From: an uncultured Acidobacteriota bacterium
GTDB lineage: Bacteria; Acidobacteriota; JAQAZP01
Assembly (NCBI GenBank): GCA_963836075.1
Contig: CAWIIB010000001.1
Location: 1,088,001-1,152,000 of the forward strand
DNA: 64,000 nucleotides
Direction: 5' to 3'
Shown here in pieces: positions 52,083 through 63,424 of this stretch. A program made the translations under genes and the position numbers. Each line of letters starts with the position of its first letter. Position 1 is the first letter of the stretch. Under the pieces are notes generated by a model that saw only the letters and a list, made by a program, of their open reading frames with translations, ran no database searches and was not told the DNA's origin.

Positions 52083-54702
52083 TCAGGGAGCCGAAGCGGT
52101 GACCGTGGTTACGTCGCTGTCCGTGTCGCCCGAGGGCAGGAACGGCGGCTGGTTATACGGCGCCGGGGTCACATCCTCACCCACCAGCGTAAAAACGTTG
52201 TCGCCCACCACGGTTCCCAGCATCGGGAAATTCTGGTTCCAGGATTTGGTGAACACTTCGGCCGGGCTGAGGTTGGTCCAGCCGGCACGCCAGTTCACAT
52301 ACGACGTCCCGTTGGCCAGCACCACGTTGATCCGGCCGGCCGCCCGGCGGTTCTCGTCGGTCAGGTTGCTCAACTGGGCGGTGAACTGTGTGACAAAGGG
52401 CAGTGTGCCGGCCGCGGGGCTGGCGTCGAGAGCCACGCCCACCGTGTCGGTGACGGTACCACTGCACTCGAACGCGCTCAGCGTCACGTCGTCGATATTC
52501 CAGCCGCAGAACTGCCACGAGGAATCGGTGCTGCCCATGGTCCAGCGCAGGTAGACCGTGGGCTGGTTGTCGGCAATGGCCGAGATGTCGTAGACCTCCT
52601 CGACCCAGGAACTGTCGCTCACTTCACCGCCGTTCTGCCAGATGGTGGTCCAGGAGGTCCCGTTGGTGCTCACCCTCAGGTAGGCGTGGTCGTAGGTCGA
52701 GGTCTCCACACCGAGCCAGCGCCAGAAGGAGAGGGTCACCCCGGTCTTCCCGGTGCAGTCGATGGCCGTGGAGGTGAGGTGCGTTTCACCGAGGCCGTTC
52801 TCGTAGTCGCCGTTCAGGTTGTAGCCGTAAACGTTCACCCCGGTGTGGCCGCTGGTGGGATCGGGGTTGCCGTATGCGCCGCCGCCGCCGGTGGGCTGGC
52901 CCCAGGCCCAGAGGCCCGCGGTGGTCCAGCCGGGATTGCTGTCCATGGTCTCGCTGTAGAAGACCGCGGTTTCACCCACCACGGCGGAGTAGTAGCCGGT
53001 GGGGGCGTTGTAGGGATCGGTGACCACGCCGCTCTGGTCCCCCTCGGCGCTGAAGTAGAACTCGGGGGTGTCGTCGCAGCCGGCCGCGGGCAGGGTGGCC
53101 TGGTAGAGGTCACCGCCCAGGGGCAGCAACGACTGGGTCTGGAACAGACCGCCGCTGTAACGGTAGTGCATGGTGGCGGAGCCGGGGACATAGTTCTCGA
53201 TGCCGGGGCTGACCCGCACGGTGACCGTCGTGGGCACGCCCGGGGTCAGCGATGCGGGTGCGCCGCCGGGGACCGAGACGGCAAGGGTGCGGGTGATGTG
53301 GGCGTAGTAGACGTCCTGCTCGCCGTTGTAGGTGCCGGAAAAGGCGAGGTGGGCCCCGGTGTTGTCCGAAACCATGTGGAAGTAGTCGCCCATCTTGTTC
53401 TGCTGGGGCCAGCCCACATGGGGGTCGAAGGACGTGGTGAGCGCCTCGTTGGGCGACCAGGTCGCGCCGGCGTCCTCGGAGTAGGAATAGTAGAGGGCCG
53501 AGTCATAGCCGCCGGGGTCGTCGCGGGTGTCGAGCCAAACCGCGTCGATCCGGCCGTTGGGGGCCACCGACATGGTGCCGAACCACTGGTAGGCGCTGGT
53601 GCCCGCATCGTCGTTGACCCGCACCGGAGCGCTCCAGCTGCTGCCGCCGTTGGTGCTGCGGGCGAACATCACGTCGCAGGGGTCGGGGGTGGAGGAGCGG
53701 TCCACCGAGCAGAGCAGGTAGACGTTGCCGTCGGTGGGGCCGCCGGAGCGGTCCACGGCGATCCAGGCCTGGCCGCAGCAGGCCGCCCGGGTTGGGACCG
53801 CCGGAGTAGAGGATGCTGCCGTCGAGGCTCACCGAGGTGGAGACGTCCCAGGTGATGGTGGAACCGGGGTTCTTGGCGTTGCTCGACCGGGCGACCACGA
53901 AACCGTCGCCGCAGACGTAGAGCTCGCCGTTCGGGCCCACGGCCAGGGTGCCCCAGTTGGACATTCCGCTCACGTTGATGCAGCTCTCGTAGCTGCTGCC
54001 GCCGTTGGTGGAGCGGGTGAAGAACCCGGGGTAGCAGGTGCTGTACCACTGGGTCCAGTAGGCGTAAATGTTGCCGTCGCCCACCCCGCCGGTCTGGTCG
54101 ATGGCCATCCACTGCTTGTCCCCGCCGTAGGCGTAGGTGCCGGCATCCCAGGTCGCGCCGCCGTCGGTCGACTTGAACACGTGGCACCAGAAATCGGACT
54201 GGAACTCGTCGGTGGTCAGGCTGTTGTAATAGAAGGTGCCCGCGGAATCGGAGTCCAGGACCGGATCGGAGCGGAACACCCCGGCCTCGATCTTGCCCGG
54301 GAAGGTCCAGGTGACGCCGCCGTCGGTGGTGTAGCCGTAGCCGGCCTGGCGGAAATCGCTGCTCACGGTGTCGAACTGCCGCCAGCCGATGCACATCTTG
54401 TTCGGGTCGGTGGGATCGACGGCGATGGAGGGCTCGTTGCCCGCGTCACCGAGGATATTCTGGCCGCTGCCGTTGACGTTGACCTGGGACATGAAGAACC
54501 CGCGGGAAGCGCTGTGGTAGGCCGGGCTGGTCTGCTGTACACCCTCCGGCTGGACCGGCTGCCGGTCGCCCATCGTCTCCAACGGGCCTACGGCAGCGGC
54601 CGTATCTACCTTCTTCTGCTGAATCACATCATCGGACCAGACGGCCGGGGTGACAACCAGGGCGGTCAGTAACACCGACAGGATCAACCAACGCTTGGAC
54701 AT
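52083..54702 (-). CDS. Secreted BNR/Asp-box (sialidase-like) protein with jelly-roll domain and YNQPP C-terminal domain (frameshift near 53775)
   Basis: Signal peptide; STDGGATW, STNGGSSW, SEDAGATW Asp-boxes; GWNIDDV. Confidence 0.8.
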
Positions 54703-54746
54703 CCTTCAACCTCCAGTACTACAGGGTTGCTACAGGGGAACCACTC

Positions 54747-55295
54747 TCACTCGGACTGCGTTTCCGGCGGGCAATCCACCGGCACGCCATGATCAAAACA
54801 ACTTCTGGCCCGCACGGCGCCCTTCTTCCAGACCGTCCAGGTCCCGTGGGGTTTGCCTTGGGCATACTGCTCTTCCTTGACCAGCTCACCCGCCTCGTTC
54901 CAGGTCCGGCAGGCGCCTTCCTTCAATCCCAAAACATAGAACTCCTCGATCCAGATCTCGCCGTTCATGTGCCAGCGGACCGCCCGGCCGTTCTTGCGGC
55001 CGTGATCGAAAACGGTCTCGTACTCCGGCAGGCCGTTCTCGTGCCAGCGGGCATAGACGCCGTGCTCCACGGGTGAGCCGTCGGCATCCCTGATCACCTG
55101 GTGGCGTATCCGGATGCCGCCGTCGGGCCAGAACTCTTCGAGAGTCTCGGTAACCTCGGCCGATGGGGGCTCAACCGATCCGGCCTCCGGCGCTTCGGAT
55201 GCGCTGGCTGGAGCCGTGTCCCGCACAGCGCCGCACCCTGCGGTCAGCAGGAGCACGATGAGGATAATCGGGAGATGACGATGGACAACCGGCAT
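54747..55295 (-). CDS. MORN-variant repeat lipoprotein (YwqK-like)
   Basis: Lipobox TAGC; HGVYARWHENG, NGRAVRWHMNG, EGACRTWNEAG repeats. Confidence 0.8.
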   Translation of the reverse strand: MPVVHRHLPIILIVLLLTAGCGAVRDTAPASASEAPEAGSVEPPSAEVTETLEEFWPDGGIRIRHQVIRDADGSPVEHGVYARWHENGLPEYETVFDHGRKNGRAVRWHMNGEIWIEEFYVLGLKEGACRTWNEAGELVKEEQYAQGKPHGTWTVWKKGAVRARSCFDHGVPVDCPPETQSE

Positions 55296-55408
55296 GAAAA
55301 GCGCCCCGCGGGGATTCAGGGATTCAAAACAGCATGAATTCAGGCCGTGGTCTGATCGCTTGGGAATGGCGGTCAGGCAGGTGAACTCTACCGCTATGCT
55401 ACTGTTAT

Positions 55409-55437
55409 AGTATAGGTTTATTGCCTCTTTCAGTCAA
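55409..55437 (-). promoter_or_regulatory. Sigma70 promoter
   Basis: Minus strand TTGACT-17-TATACT. Confidence 0.65.
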
Positions 55438-55486
55438 CTCCTTGTTGATTCCATGAGCACATCGAGCCGCTGACCATCGCCCCTTC

Positions 55487-55510
55487 CCCGCCGCCGGAAC
55501 CGGCGGCGGG
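55487..55510 (-). terminator. GC-rich hairpin after the cytochrome gene
   Basis: CCCGCCGCCG-GAAC-CGGCGGCGGG; no clear U tract. Confidence 0.55.
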
Positions 55511-55524
55511 AGAACCGGTTCAGC

Positions 55525-58266
55525 TCATGGCGCGGTAGCGGTCACCGTACACTGGTCGGAGGCCACATCCCCGGCCGGCGAATAGGGCGGCTGGTTGTAG
55601 GGCACGGGAGTTACGTCCACGGCCACCAGGGTGAACTGGTTCTGTCCCACCAGTGAGCCCAGTCCGGGGAAATTCTGCTGCCAGCCGTTGGTGTATGACT
55701 CACCGGGGCTGAGATTGGTCCAGCCGGCCCGCCAGCTGGTGAACTGGCCGCCGCCGGCAATCACCACGTCGATTCGGGCTGCGGCGCGGCGGAAGGACGG
55801 GGCCAGGTTGTCGAGGTTGGCGCCCATGTAGAACGAGAAGGGCAGCGTCCCCGACTGGGGCAGGCACACCAGGTCCGCCCCCACGGTCTGCCCCATGGTC
55901 TCCAGGGCCACCGTGTCGGTCCAGACCACCTCCGGCGGACACTTTCCGTTGTCGTTCCACAGGTCATACATCTCCTGGCCGGTGGTGTCGGTGCTGTTCT
56001 CGTCACGGAGAAATTCCACGAACTCCCTGGTGGTACTCTGGTAATAGAGAGTGACCTCGACCGAGGCGGCCCCCTGGGGAATCATGTAGCTGCTATCGTC
56101 CCAGTAATGCCCGTCCGCATAGGTGTAGGCCACCGGCGCACCGCCGAACCCCTGGAAAGCGCTGTTGGTGAAACCCCGCGGCGGGATACGGTTGTCCTTG
56201 AACACCTTGTTGTTCAGGGCGAAGTGGTGCGACGGCCCGGGGCTGGCCCCAATCAGCGGTGCGGTGGTGGCGTCGAGGCCCAGCTCCGCCTGGTAGATCT
56301 TGACCTCGGCGTCATGGGTCAACGCACCGGTCAGCGGGTCGTAGGCGCCGCTCTCGGACAGCAGTGCCATTCCCTGGTCGTAGAACTTGACGTTGATCCA
56401 GAGACGACGCCCCTCGGGGTAGCCGGTGGGCAGTTTGTGCCCGGTTTCATTGGTCACCCTCACGTCCAGCAGAATGCCGTTCTGCACAGCGGTTACCGTG
56501 GCCGCGTTCTGCAGCATGTAGCGAGCCCGCAGGATGCCGGCCTGCATCGCCGCATCGTCCACGTCGTCTGGATAGAGACTTTCCAGCAGCCCGGGCAACC
56601 AGGTGCTGCCGCCGGTGAAATCATGCAGCGGCAGGTCGGTGCGGGTAAGCGGTGGTGAGCCGCGGACCGTACCGCCGATACCGGTGACGTCGCGCATGTG
56701 GCAGTCCTGGCAGATGGAGACGTAGTCGAGGTTTCCGCCGAACTGCGGGGCGTAAACACCGCCCGGCGTGTTGTAGTCGCTGTTCAGCCACTCGGAGTAG
56801 GTCCGCTCCAGGGCCATCAGGTTGCCCTTGCCAAAATCGGTGGCCGGGCTGTTGAAACTGTTGGGCAGAAAGTTGCCGCTGCCGTCGTTCTCGAACACCG
56901 GGTTGCTCACATCGTGGCAGGTGCCGCAGAGCGCCGCCTCCCGGTGGAAGGACGACTCGTAGATCGGGTGGGCCCGGTCGCCGTCGGAGTAGGGGCCACG
57001 ACGCTTCTCGCCGTCCGGGTCGAGGACATACATCGCGTTGCCGAACTCACTCGGTGATTCGTCCAGGTCGTTAAGAATGTCCCAGTCCACCGGGGGGTTG
57101 CCCGCGGAATAGACCGGGTCCACCATGCGGTGGCACTGGCCGCAGAACATGCCGGTGAGGTCGTCGTTCTCCAGCCGGCTGCCGTCGGTGGGTACCGAGC
57201 GGCCGGCCATCCAGCCCCGTGAGGTGTGGCACCGCAGGCAGAGGTCGCCGGAGTCAGGGACGAACTGGTTGCTCACCGACATGGCTGCCCGGAACAGCGG
57301 GTCCCTGGAGGCATGGGCCTTCATGCTGCCCTGCCAGTTGCGGTGCGGCTCGACGGCGTCGTCGTAGTCGCCGTGGCAGCCTGAACAGTCATCGGGGTGG
57401 AAGAGCATTCCGGTGTCAAAGGGCTGGCTTCCCGGCTGGTCGAAATCACGCAGTGTGGAGGCCACCACACCGCCCCCCGGGGAGACGATGGTGAAGGTAC
57501 CGTTGCTGTTGTCCTGGCCCACGTTCCAGGCCGTGTCGGTGGCCACGATCCGAATGCGGGCCTGGGTGGTGGGCCGGTTGGGCGGATACCAGGTGTAGCT
57601 GCCGGTGTCGGGAATGCTCTTGACCAGGGGCTGGTAGTTCGATCCGTTGTCCAGGGAAAGGTAGACGTCCACGCTGTGGATCGCACTGGCATCGCTGATC
57701 GACCACTGGACCGTGGCCCCAGCGTTGCCGGTGACCGTCTCCCCGCCGTTGGGCGCTATCACGGTGACGGAAGGTGGCGTCGAGTCGCCGCCGGTGGTGG
57801 GCACCAGGTGGCCGTTGATCTGGCTCAGGGTCACCAGAGTGGTCTGACCCACGTTGTTCGGAGTAAGCCCGGGGAAGGTGGGTGTGTTGGAATAGGTTGA
57901 GGTATCGGTGACTTCGGTGAGGGTGCTGAAACCATCGAGGTCGGGGTCCTGGTCGGCGATGGACAGGATCGCCGACTGGCGGCCCAGGGGGGTGTCGGTA
58001 AAGAAGTTGAGCGCCTCGTGGACCTTCACCCCGTAAGGGTTGCGCATGTAAATGCCGGTGAACTCGTAGTGACAGACGCCGCAGTGGTTCGGTTGGCTCC
58101 CCACCGTTTCGATGGTGGTGCCCACCGCACCGGGATAGACCACGTAGAAAGCGTCGCGATACTCTGGCCGGGCCTCTGCTTCCCTGGACGACAATCCGGC
58201 GGCAATCACCAGGACGGCCAGGAGCAGGATACAGAGATGGCGTGGGCAGATGGTGCGGAATGACAT
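55525..58266 (-). CDS. Secreted multiheme cytochrome c (6 CxxCH) with Ig-like insert and YNQPP C-terminal domain
   Basis: CGVCH, CSGCH, CLRCH, CGQCH, CGTCH, CQDCH; GHKLPTGYPEGRR; DNRIPPRGF. Confidence 0.88.
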   Translation of the reverse strand: MSFRTICPRHLCILLLAVLVIAAGLSSREAEARPEYRDAFYVVYPGAVGTTIETVGSQPNHCGVCHYEFTGIYMRNPYGVKVHEALNFFTDTPLGRQSAILSIADQDPDLDGFSTLTEVTDTSTYSNTPTFPGLTPNNVGQTTLVTLSQINGHLVPTTGGDSTPPSVTVIAPNGGETVTGNAGATVQWSISDASAIHSVDVYLSLDNGSNYQPLVKSIPDTGSYTWYPPNRPTTQARIRIVATDTAWNVGQDNSNGTFTIVSPGGGVVASTLRDFDQPGSQPFDTGMLFHPDDCSGCHGDYDDAVEPHRNWQGSMKAHASRDPLFRAAMSVSNQFVPDSGDLCLRCHTSRGWMAGRSVPTDGSRLENDDLTGMFCGQCHRMVDPVYSAGNPPVDWDILNDLDESPSEFGNAMYVLDPDGEKRRGPYSDGDRAHPIYESSFHREAALCGTCHDVSNPVFENDGSGNFLPNSFNSPATDFGKGNLMALERTYSEWLNSDYNTPGGVYAPQFGGNLDYVSICQDCHMRDVTGIGGTVRGSPPLTRTDLPLHDFTGGSTWLPGLLESLYPDDVDDAAMQAGILRARYMLQNAATVTAVQNGILLDVRVTNETGHKLPTGYPEGRRLWINVKFYDQGMALLSESGAYDPLTGALTHDAEVKIYQAELGLDATTAPLIGASPGPSHHFALNNKVFKDNRIPPRGFTNSAFQGFGGAPVAYTYADGHYWDDSSYMIPQGAASVEVTLYYQSTTREFVEFLRDENSTDTTGQEMYDLWNDNGKCPPEVVWTDTVALETMGQTVGADLVCLPQSGTLPFSFYMGANLDNLAPSFRRAAARIDVVIAGGGQFTSWRAGWTNLSPGESYTNGWQQNFPGLGSLVGQNQFTLVAVDVTPVPYNQPPYSPAGDVASDQCTVTATAP

Positions 58267-58393
58267 TCTCGACTTCCTTTCCCCGGGGGATTCACCGGAG
58301 GTCTGCTCCGGCACTGCTCAATCGGCGAGGAATATAAAACAATAATGGCAAGGACGGGTGGCCTGCCGAAACTGCCATTCCGCCCTGTTAGCT

Positions 58394-59948
58394 TCAATTT
58401 AGGTGGTGAGCACCCGGTACGTCAAGCAACGGCGGGCAATCCGTGCATTTTTTAAGGATGGTGATCGGCTTGTAGCCCCAGCCTTCAAACTGCTGCACCG
58501 ACCGGTACTGCAGGTCCCGGGTGACAATGAGGTGCGGCCGGTGTTGATGGAACAAAAAGTAATCCGGCTGGTGGAGCAGCAGGATATCTTTCTGATCCAG
58601 CTTCCTGCCGTCCAGCACCGACCGGGTGGTCAACCCCATGCGGTCCACCAGTCGAAGGTGGGAGTAGTATTTGAGGATTCCCACTTCCGACGAGGCCAGA
58701 GACTCACCGGCGGGGATGTTGCTGTTGAGCCACCGGGACAGGTTGAACAGGGCCTGGTAGCGCCGGCCAAGGTAGTGGATGTTGCGGTCCGCCCGCAGTG
58801 CGGCCATGGTCAGCCGGGCATCATGGGGAATGACCAGAAGGAGGTAGACCGCGGCCAGAACTGCCGCGGCCCAGGGTACTGCTCTCCTCAACCGTGATCC
58901 GGGACCGGAAAGACTCCTTCCCAGCAGGAACAGCAATGCTGTAAGCCCCACCAGAATGGCGAACCAGTGGAAAAATCGGGCGGAGAAGGTCTCCCAGGTG
59001 TGATATTTGGGGGCCCCGATCACGCTGTAGGCCAGCACCAGCATCCAGGGGTAGACCAGCAGGGCATACAGAAAGGGCAGATCTTCCCTCGTCCTGAACC
59101 GCAGCAGGCACGACGCGCTGAGCACGAACCCCACGGCAATGACCAGCAGGCGGAAGGGAATCAGTTCCAGCAGCCTCCGGTATTCAAAGACCTGAAAGAA
59201 GGTGAAGGTGAAATACTCGGCAAAGGGGCAGAACCTGGTCTTGGCGTAAAAGGTATTGGGCAGGATATCTCCGAAATAGAACCAGGAGAAGACGAGCCAG
59301 ACAACACCGGGAATGATGAACCAGAGCAGGCTGCGCCACTGGCGGCAGCCCCTGCTGAGCAGCATTACCGGCAGGACGAGGACCAGGGCATCGGGTCGAA
59401 AGAGACAGGCCAGGGCGGCCAGACCACAGGCGGTGCGAAACCGGCGGCAGCGCAGGGCTTCGAGAAAGGCCAACTGGGAAAAGATCAAACCGTGGGTCTC
59501 CAGGCAGATCATGTACCTGGCTGCCGATGGGTCCGGACAGGTGGTGCAGCGCCAGCAGCACGCCGGCCAGGGGGTGAAACCAGGCGCCAACCAGGCGGAA
59601 GATCAGGAACGCACTGAGGGTGATGAACAGGACACCGCAGAACTGGCCGGCCAGACTGGTCTCCGCGCCGGCCAGGGTGCACCCGGCCAGCAGGAAGGTT
59701 TGAGCGGGCGAGGTGAAACCCCAGACCCGTTCCCCCTCGTTAAAGACCAGCCCGCGGCCCTCGGCCAGATTCCGTGCATAGACAAAGGCGATGTAGGCGT
59801 CATCCATCCATGGCTCGACCCCGTTGCGCTGCATGAACTCGAACAGCGCCGCGCCACAACAGAGGAGCAGGATGATGACCGCCAGCAGGAGAGCGCCACG
59901 GCTCTTCTTTGACCCGGTGAAAAGCCAATTCAGATTCATATTGACCAT
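58394..59948 (-). CDS. GT-C type membrane glycosyltransferase-like protein (frameshift near 59540)
   Basis: DDAYI..YARNL..GLVFNEGERVWGFTSP; RPDA; YFGDILPNTFYAK. Confidence 0.7.
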
Positions 59949-59976
59949 TTTCCGAAGCCGCCGGCCGGATCAGGAA

Positions 59977-60378
59977 TCAACCGTGATCGGCTCCCTGCAG
60001 CAGGACACTCCTGGTTCGGGGGCCGTCGAACTCGCAGAAGAAGATACCCTGCCAGGTTCCCAGCTGCAGCTGGCCACCTTCGACGATGACCTGCACCGAA
60101 GAGCCCATCAGGCTGGCCTTGACATGGGCTGCCGTGTTGCCCTCGCCGTGCCGGTAGCCGCCGGTCCAGGGCACCATCCGGTCGAGCACCAGTTCCATGT
60201 CGGCCATCACTGCCGGGTCCGCATGCTCGTTGATCGTCACCCCCGCCGTGGTGTGGGGCACGAAAACGGTGATGACCCCTGCTTCGATGTCCAGCCGGTC
60301 CACGGCCTGGCGTACTTCACCGGTGATCTCCACGAAATCGGTCCGCTTCCTCGTTTTTACCGTCAGTTTTGTCTTCAT
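59977..60378 (-). CDS. yjbQ: Second, divergent YjbQ/UPF0047 paralog
   Basis: PHTTAGVTINE, EGNTAAHVKASL, LGTWQGIFFCEFDGPR. Confidence 0.92.
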   Translation of the reverse strand: MKTKLTVKTRKRTDFVEITGEVRQAVDRLDIEAGVITVFVPHTTAGVTINEHADPAVMADMELVLDRMVPWTGGYRHGEGNTAAHVKASLMGSSVQVIVEGGQLQLGTWQGIFFCEFDGPRTRSVLLQGADHG

Positions 60379-60452
60379 CCGCTCATGCTACCTGGCGGAC
60401 GCAGGTCTGACAACCCTCGATGGATACCCGCGGCCAGACTGCTGTACACAAC

Positions 60453-60480
60453 GGGGCCCGGGAGATCACTCCCGGGCCCC
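60453..60480 (-). terminator. Hairpin after the C25 gene
   Basis: GGGGCCCGGGAG-ATCA-CTCCCGGGCCCC. Confidence 0.65.
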
Positions 60481-60513
60481 GGTTGGAGTTTTAGTTGTCA
60501 GGCCGCACCCAGT

Positions 60514-63424
60514 TCAGGGCGCCGTAGCGGTCACCGTGCAGGCATCGCTGTCGGTGTCGCCGGAAGGCGCGAAGGGCGGCTGGTTGTACGGAGCCGGAGT
60601 CACGTCAACACCGGTCAGGGTGAAGACGTTGCTGCCCACCATGGACGCCAGACCCGGCAGGTTCTGGGTCCACATGTTGCTGAAGACTTCGCCGCTGCTG
60701 AGATTGGTCCAGCCGGCACGCCAGTTGGTGTACGAGCTGCCGTTGCCGATCACCATGTCGATCCGGCCGGCGGCCCGGCGGTTCTCGGTGGTCAGGTTGG
60801 CCAGCGACACCGCCATCTGGGTGGCGAAGGGCAGCACGCCGCTGTCCGGGGTGCAGCCGATGGTCACCTGCACCGTGTCGGTGGGCGGGGTGACATCGTC
60901 GCCCACACCCCAGATCTCCACGTCGTCGATGTTCCAGCCGGAATACTGCCAGCTGCTGTCGGTGGTCCCCTGGGTCCAGCGCAGATAGACCGTGGACTGC
61001 CCGTCGGCCACGGACGAGATGTCGTATTCCTGGAGGCCCCAGCTGGAGTCGGTTACCTCGGCAGTGTTCTGCCAGATGGTTGTCCAGGTGGACCCGTTGT
61101 TGCTCACCCGCACGTAGGCGTGATCGTAGGTCGGGGTTTCGACGTTGAGATAGCGCTGGAACTTGAGGATCGTGTCGTAGAGCTCGCTGCAGTCGATGGC
61201 GGTGGAAGTGAGGTGCGTCTCGGCCATGCTGTTTTCGTAGTCACCGGCAAGGTTGTAGCCGTAGACGTTGGGCCCGGTGGCGCCGCTGGTGGGATCGGGG
61301 TTGCCATACTGGCCGCCGCCGCCGGTGGGTGTGCCGTAGGCCCAGGAACCGGCGGTGGTCCAGCCGGGGTTGGTGCTCATGTCAAAGGTGTACTGCACCA
61401 CCGGCACACCGACGGTCAGCTGGCAGGTACGGGTGCAGTCGCCGTCGTGGTTGGTGGTGTTGACGAAGTCGATGTCGCCGAAGTAGGCGCCGTTGGCCAT
61501 GGTGTCGGCGGCGCTGGTGATCGAGACAGTGACCTCGACGGTGCCGCTGGAGGGGATGGTGCCCGACGTGCTGTCCAGGTCGAGCCAGGCCACACTCTCG
61601 CTGGCGGTGAAGTTGATCGGGCTCATCTCGTAGTTGGTCAGGGTGAAGGTCAGGCTGTCCGGCGTGAACGGTCCGCCGTTGGCCCCCTCGGAGATCAGGC
61701 CGCTGCCCGGCGTGACCTTCATCCCGGTGGGCGGGGCGGTGGTGCCCACCACCCGCAGCGACGGGTCGCCGAAGACGTGCCAGGTGTCATACATGCTCAC
61801 TCCGCCGGAACCGTATTCGTCGATCATCGAGCAGGAACCGGCAAAGCAGAGGGCGCCGTAGGTGTTGTAGGTCCCGGCCAGATACGCGGCGTTGAAGTGG
61901 TCCTGGCCTTCCATGGGCGGGTCCCAGGACTGGTTGATCGAGCTCATATACGCCCCCACCGCGCCGGTGGGCTCGCTGCCGTTGGTCGCCCGCAGCCAGG
62001 CCTCGGCAAAGCAGGTGTAGCCGTCGAACTGGCCGTTGACACAGGCCACCGAAACGATGAAGGGCAGCAGGTTGTCGTTGGTCAGGGCGTTGACATTGGT
62101 GTTGGAGAAGCCGGTGCTGCTCCAGGAGGTGGTTGAGCCGTGGCCGGTGTAGTTGATGATTCCGCGGCCGGCATTGAGGCCGCTGGTCACCTGGGCCGCC
62201 GTGCCGCTGGGGTCGTAGATCTGGTCCACCAGCGTGTAGTCGCCGGCCAGCATGTCGGCGCGGATGTTGTTCAGGTGCTCGTTGTCATACTCGCCGTCGT
62301 CGCCCGGGCCCTGGTTCGAAGCCACGCCCATACCCCGCCAGAACCATGTTTCCATGGTGGCCTGGTTGTCCTCGTATTCAACCGTGCGCTCCACCTGGGT
62401 GTCCACGTCGGCCGCCGTCTCGGCGGAGAACCGGCCGACAAAGATGTCGGGGTAGTCGTCACCGCCGGCCACCTTGGCGTAACTGGGATCGGAGGACCCA
62501 CCCGAGGCCGACGGCGTGTCCACCTGGGCCCCGTCACCCACCAGCAGCACAAAGGCCAGGTCGCTGGTGTTGTAGACCGTCTGGATGTGGCTGGCGATGG
62601 AGGCAGCGTTGTTGCCGATGACGGAAACCGGCACCACCGAAGCGGGGATGCCGATGGAGGTCTTGTGGTCGGCCAGCACCTGGGCGTTGGCCGTCCAGGC
62701 ATCGTGGCAGATGATCAGCATGTCGCCGGCCTCGTCCAGCGGAGCGTAACGGCCGTCAAGGTTGTAGTTGATGAAATGGCCGCCATAGATGTCGTGGAAC
62801 GAACCGTTGAGCTTTCTCTGGTGGGACCGCTCCAGCACGTTCACCTGGCCCGGGCCGTCGGCGACCACTTCCACGGTCATCGAGGTGTAGACGCGGAGCA
62901 CGCGCTGCACCGGGTTGTACTGGAAGGGGTTCACCGTCACCACCACGCCGCGGTGGTCGCGCATGATATAGGGCTCGCGCAGCTGCGCCAGGTCGGCGGG
63001 CCAGAAGGCGTTCTCTTGGTAGGCCTTGCCAAAGGTGAAGGGCACGCTGTCCTTGTCCACGGTGCGCAGAACAAACCCCTTGGAGGGGGCCACGTCCATA
63101 CCGTCTGATCTCGTAGTAGCGGCTGTCCAGCACGCGCAAGGCCATCCTGGCGTTGTCAGGGATGATCACGCTGCGTGACACGTCGGGCAGCGCCGGCAGG
63201 CCGGCCTCGTGCTTCAGGCTCTCCTTGCCGAGGCTGAGCGTCGCGTACGGGGTGCCGTCGATCAGCACCTTCTGCTGGCCAAAACCGTCAAAGCTGTAGT
63301 CGATGACCACACGGTCGGCGCCGTTCTCCAGGACGGTGACGCCCACCGGCTCAACGGCCCAGGCCCCGGCGGCCAGGCCGGAGACCAGCAAAAGAATAAT
63401 GAACAGGGGAAATCTGCTGCGCAT
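60514..63424 (-). CDS. Gingipain-like peptidase C25 with propeptide, Ig-like, jelly-roll and YNQPP C-terminal domains (frameshift near 63100)
   Basis: Signal peptide; FVLLVGD, PDIFVGRFS, NYTGHGS, SVACVNG, FGDPSL. Confidence 0.9.

Noticed and set aside
54747-55295. YwqK-like gene as the antitoxin of a toxin-immunity pair
   Set aside because: There is no adjacent toxin gene, and MORN-variant lipoproteins are common as stand-alone genes.
59977-60378. Second yjbQ as the far boundary of a larger island
   Set aside because: It is a full-length, opposite-strand, distant paralog of a different subfamily with no close DNA identity to the tails.
1077-62136. Many long antisense or alternate-frame ORFs (e.g. 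11409..12581, 39397..40578, 59824..62136)
   Set aside because: They are shadows of real genes caused by high GC and codon bias, with no recognisable motifs.
555-63100. About ten frameshifted genes (near 555, 1845, 28620, 28800, 35570, 37075, 50460, 53775, 59540, 63100) as pseudogenes or programmed frameshifts
   Set aside because: They are single indels scattered over unrelated genes with otherwise intact halves, some in homopolymers. This is most simply explained by long-read assembly error and cannot be resolved without reads.
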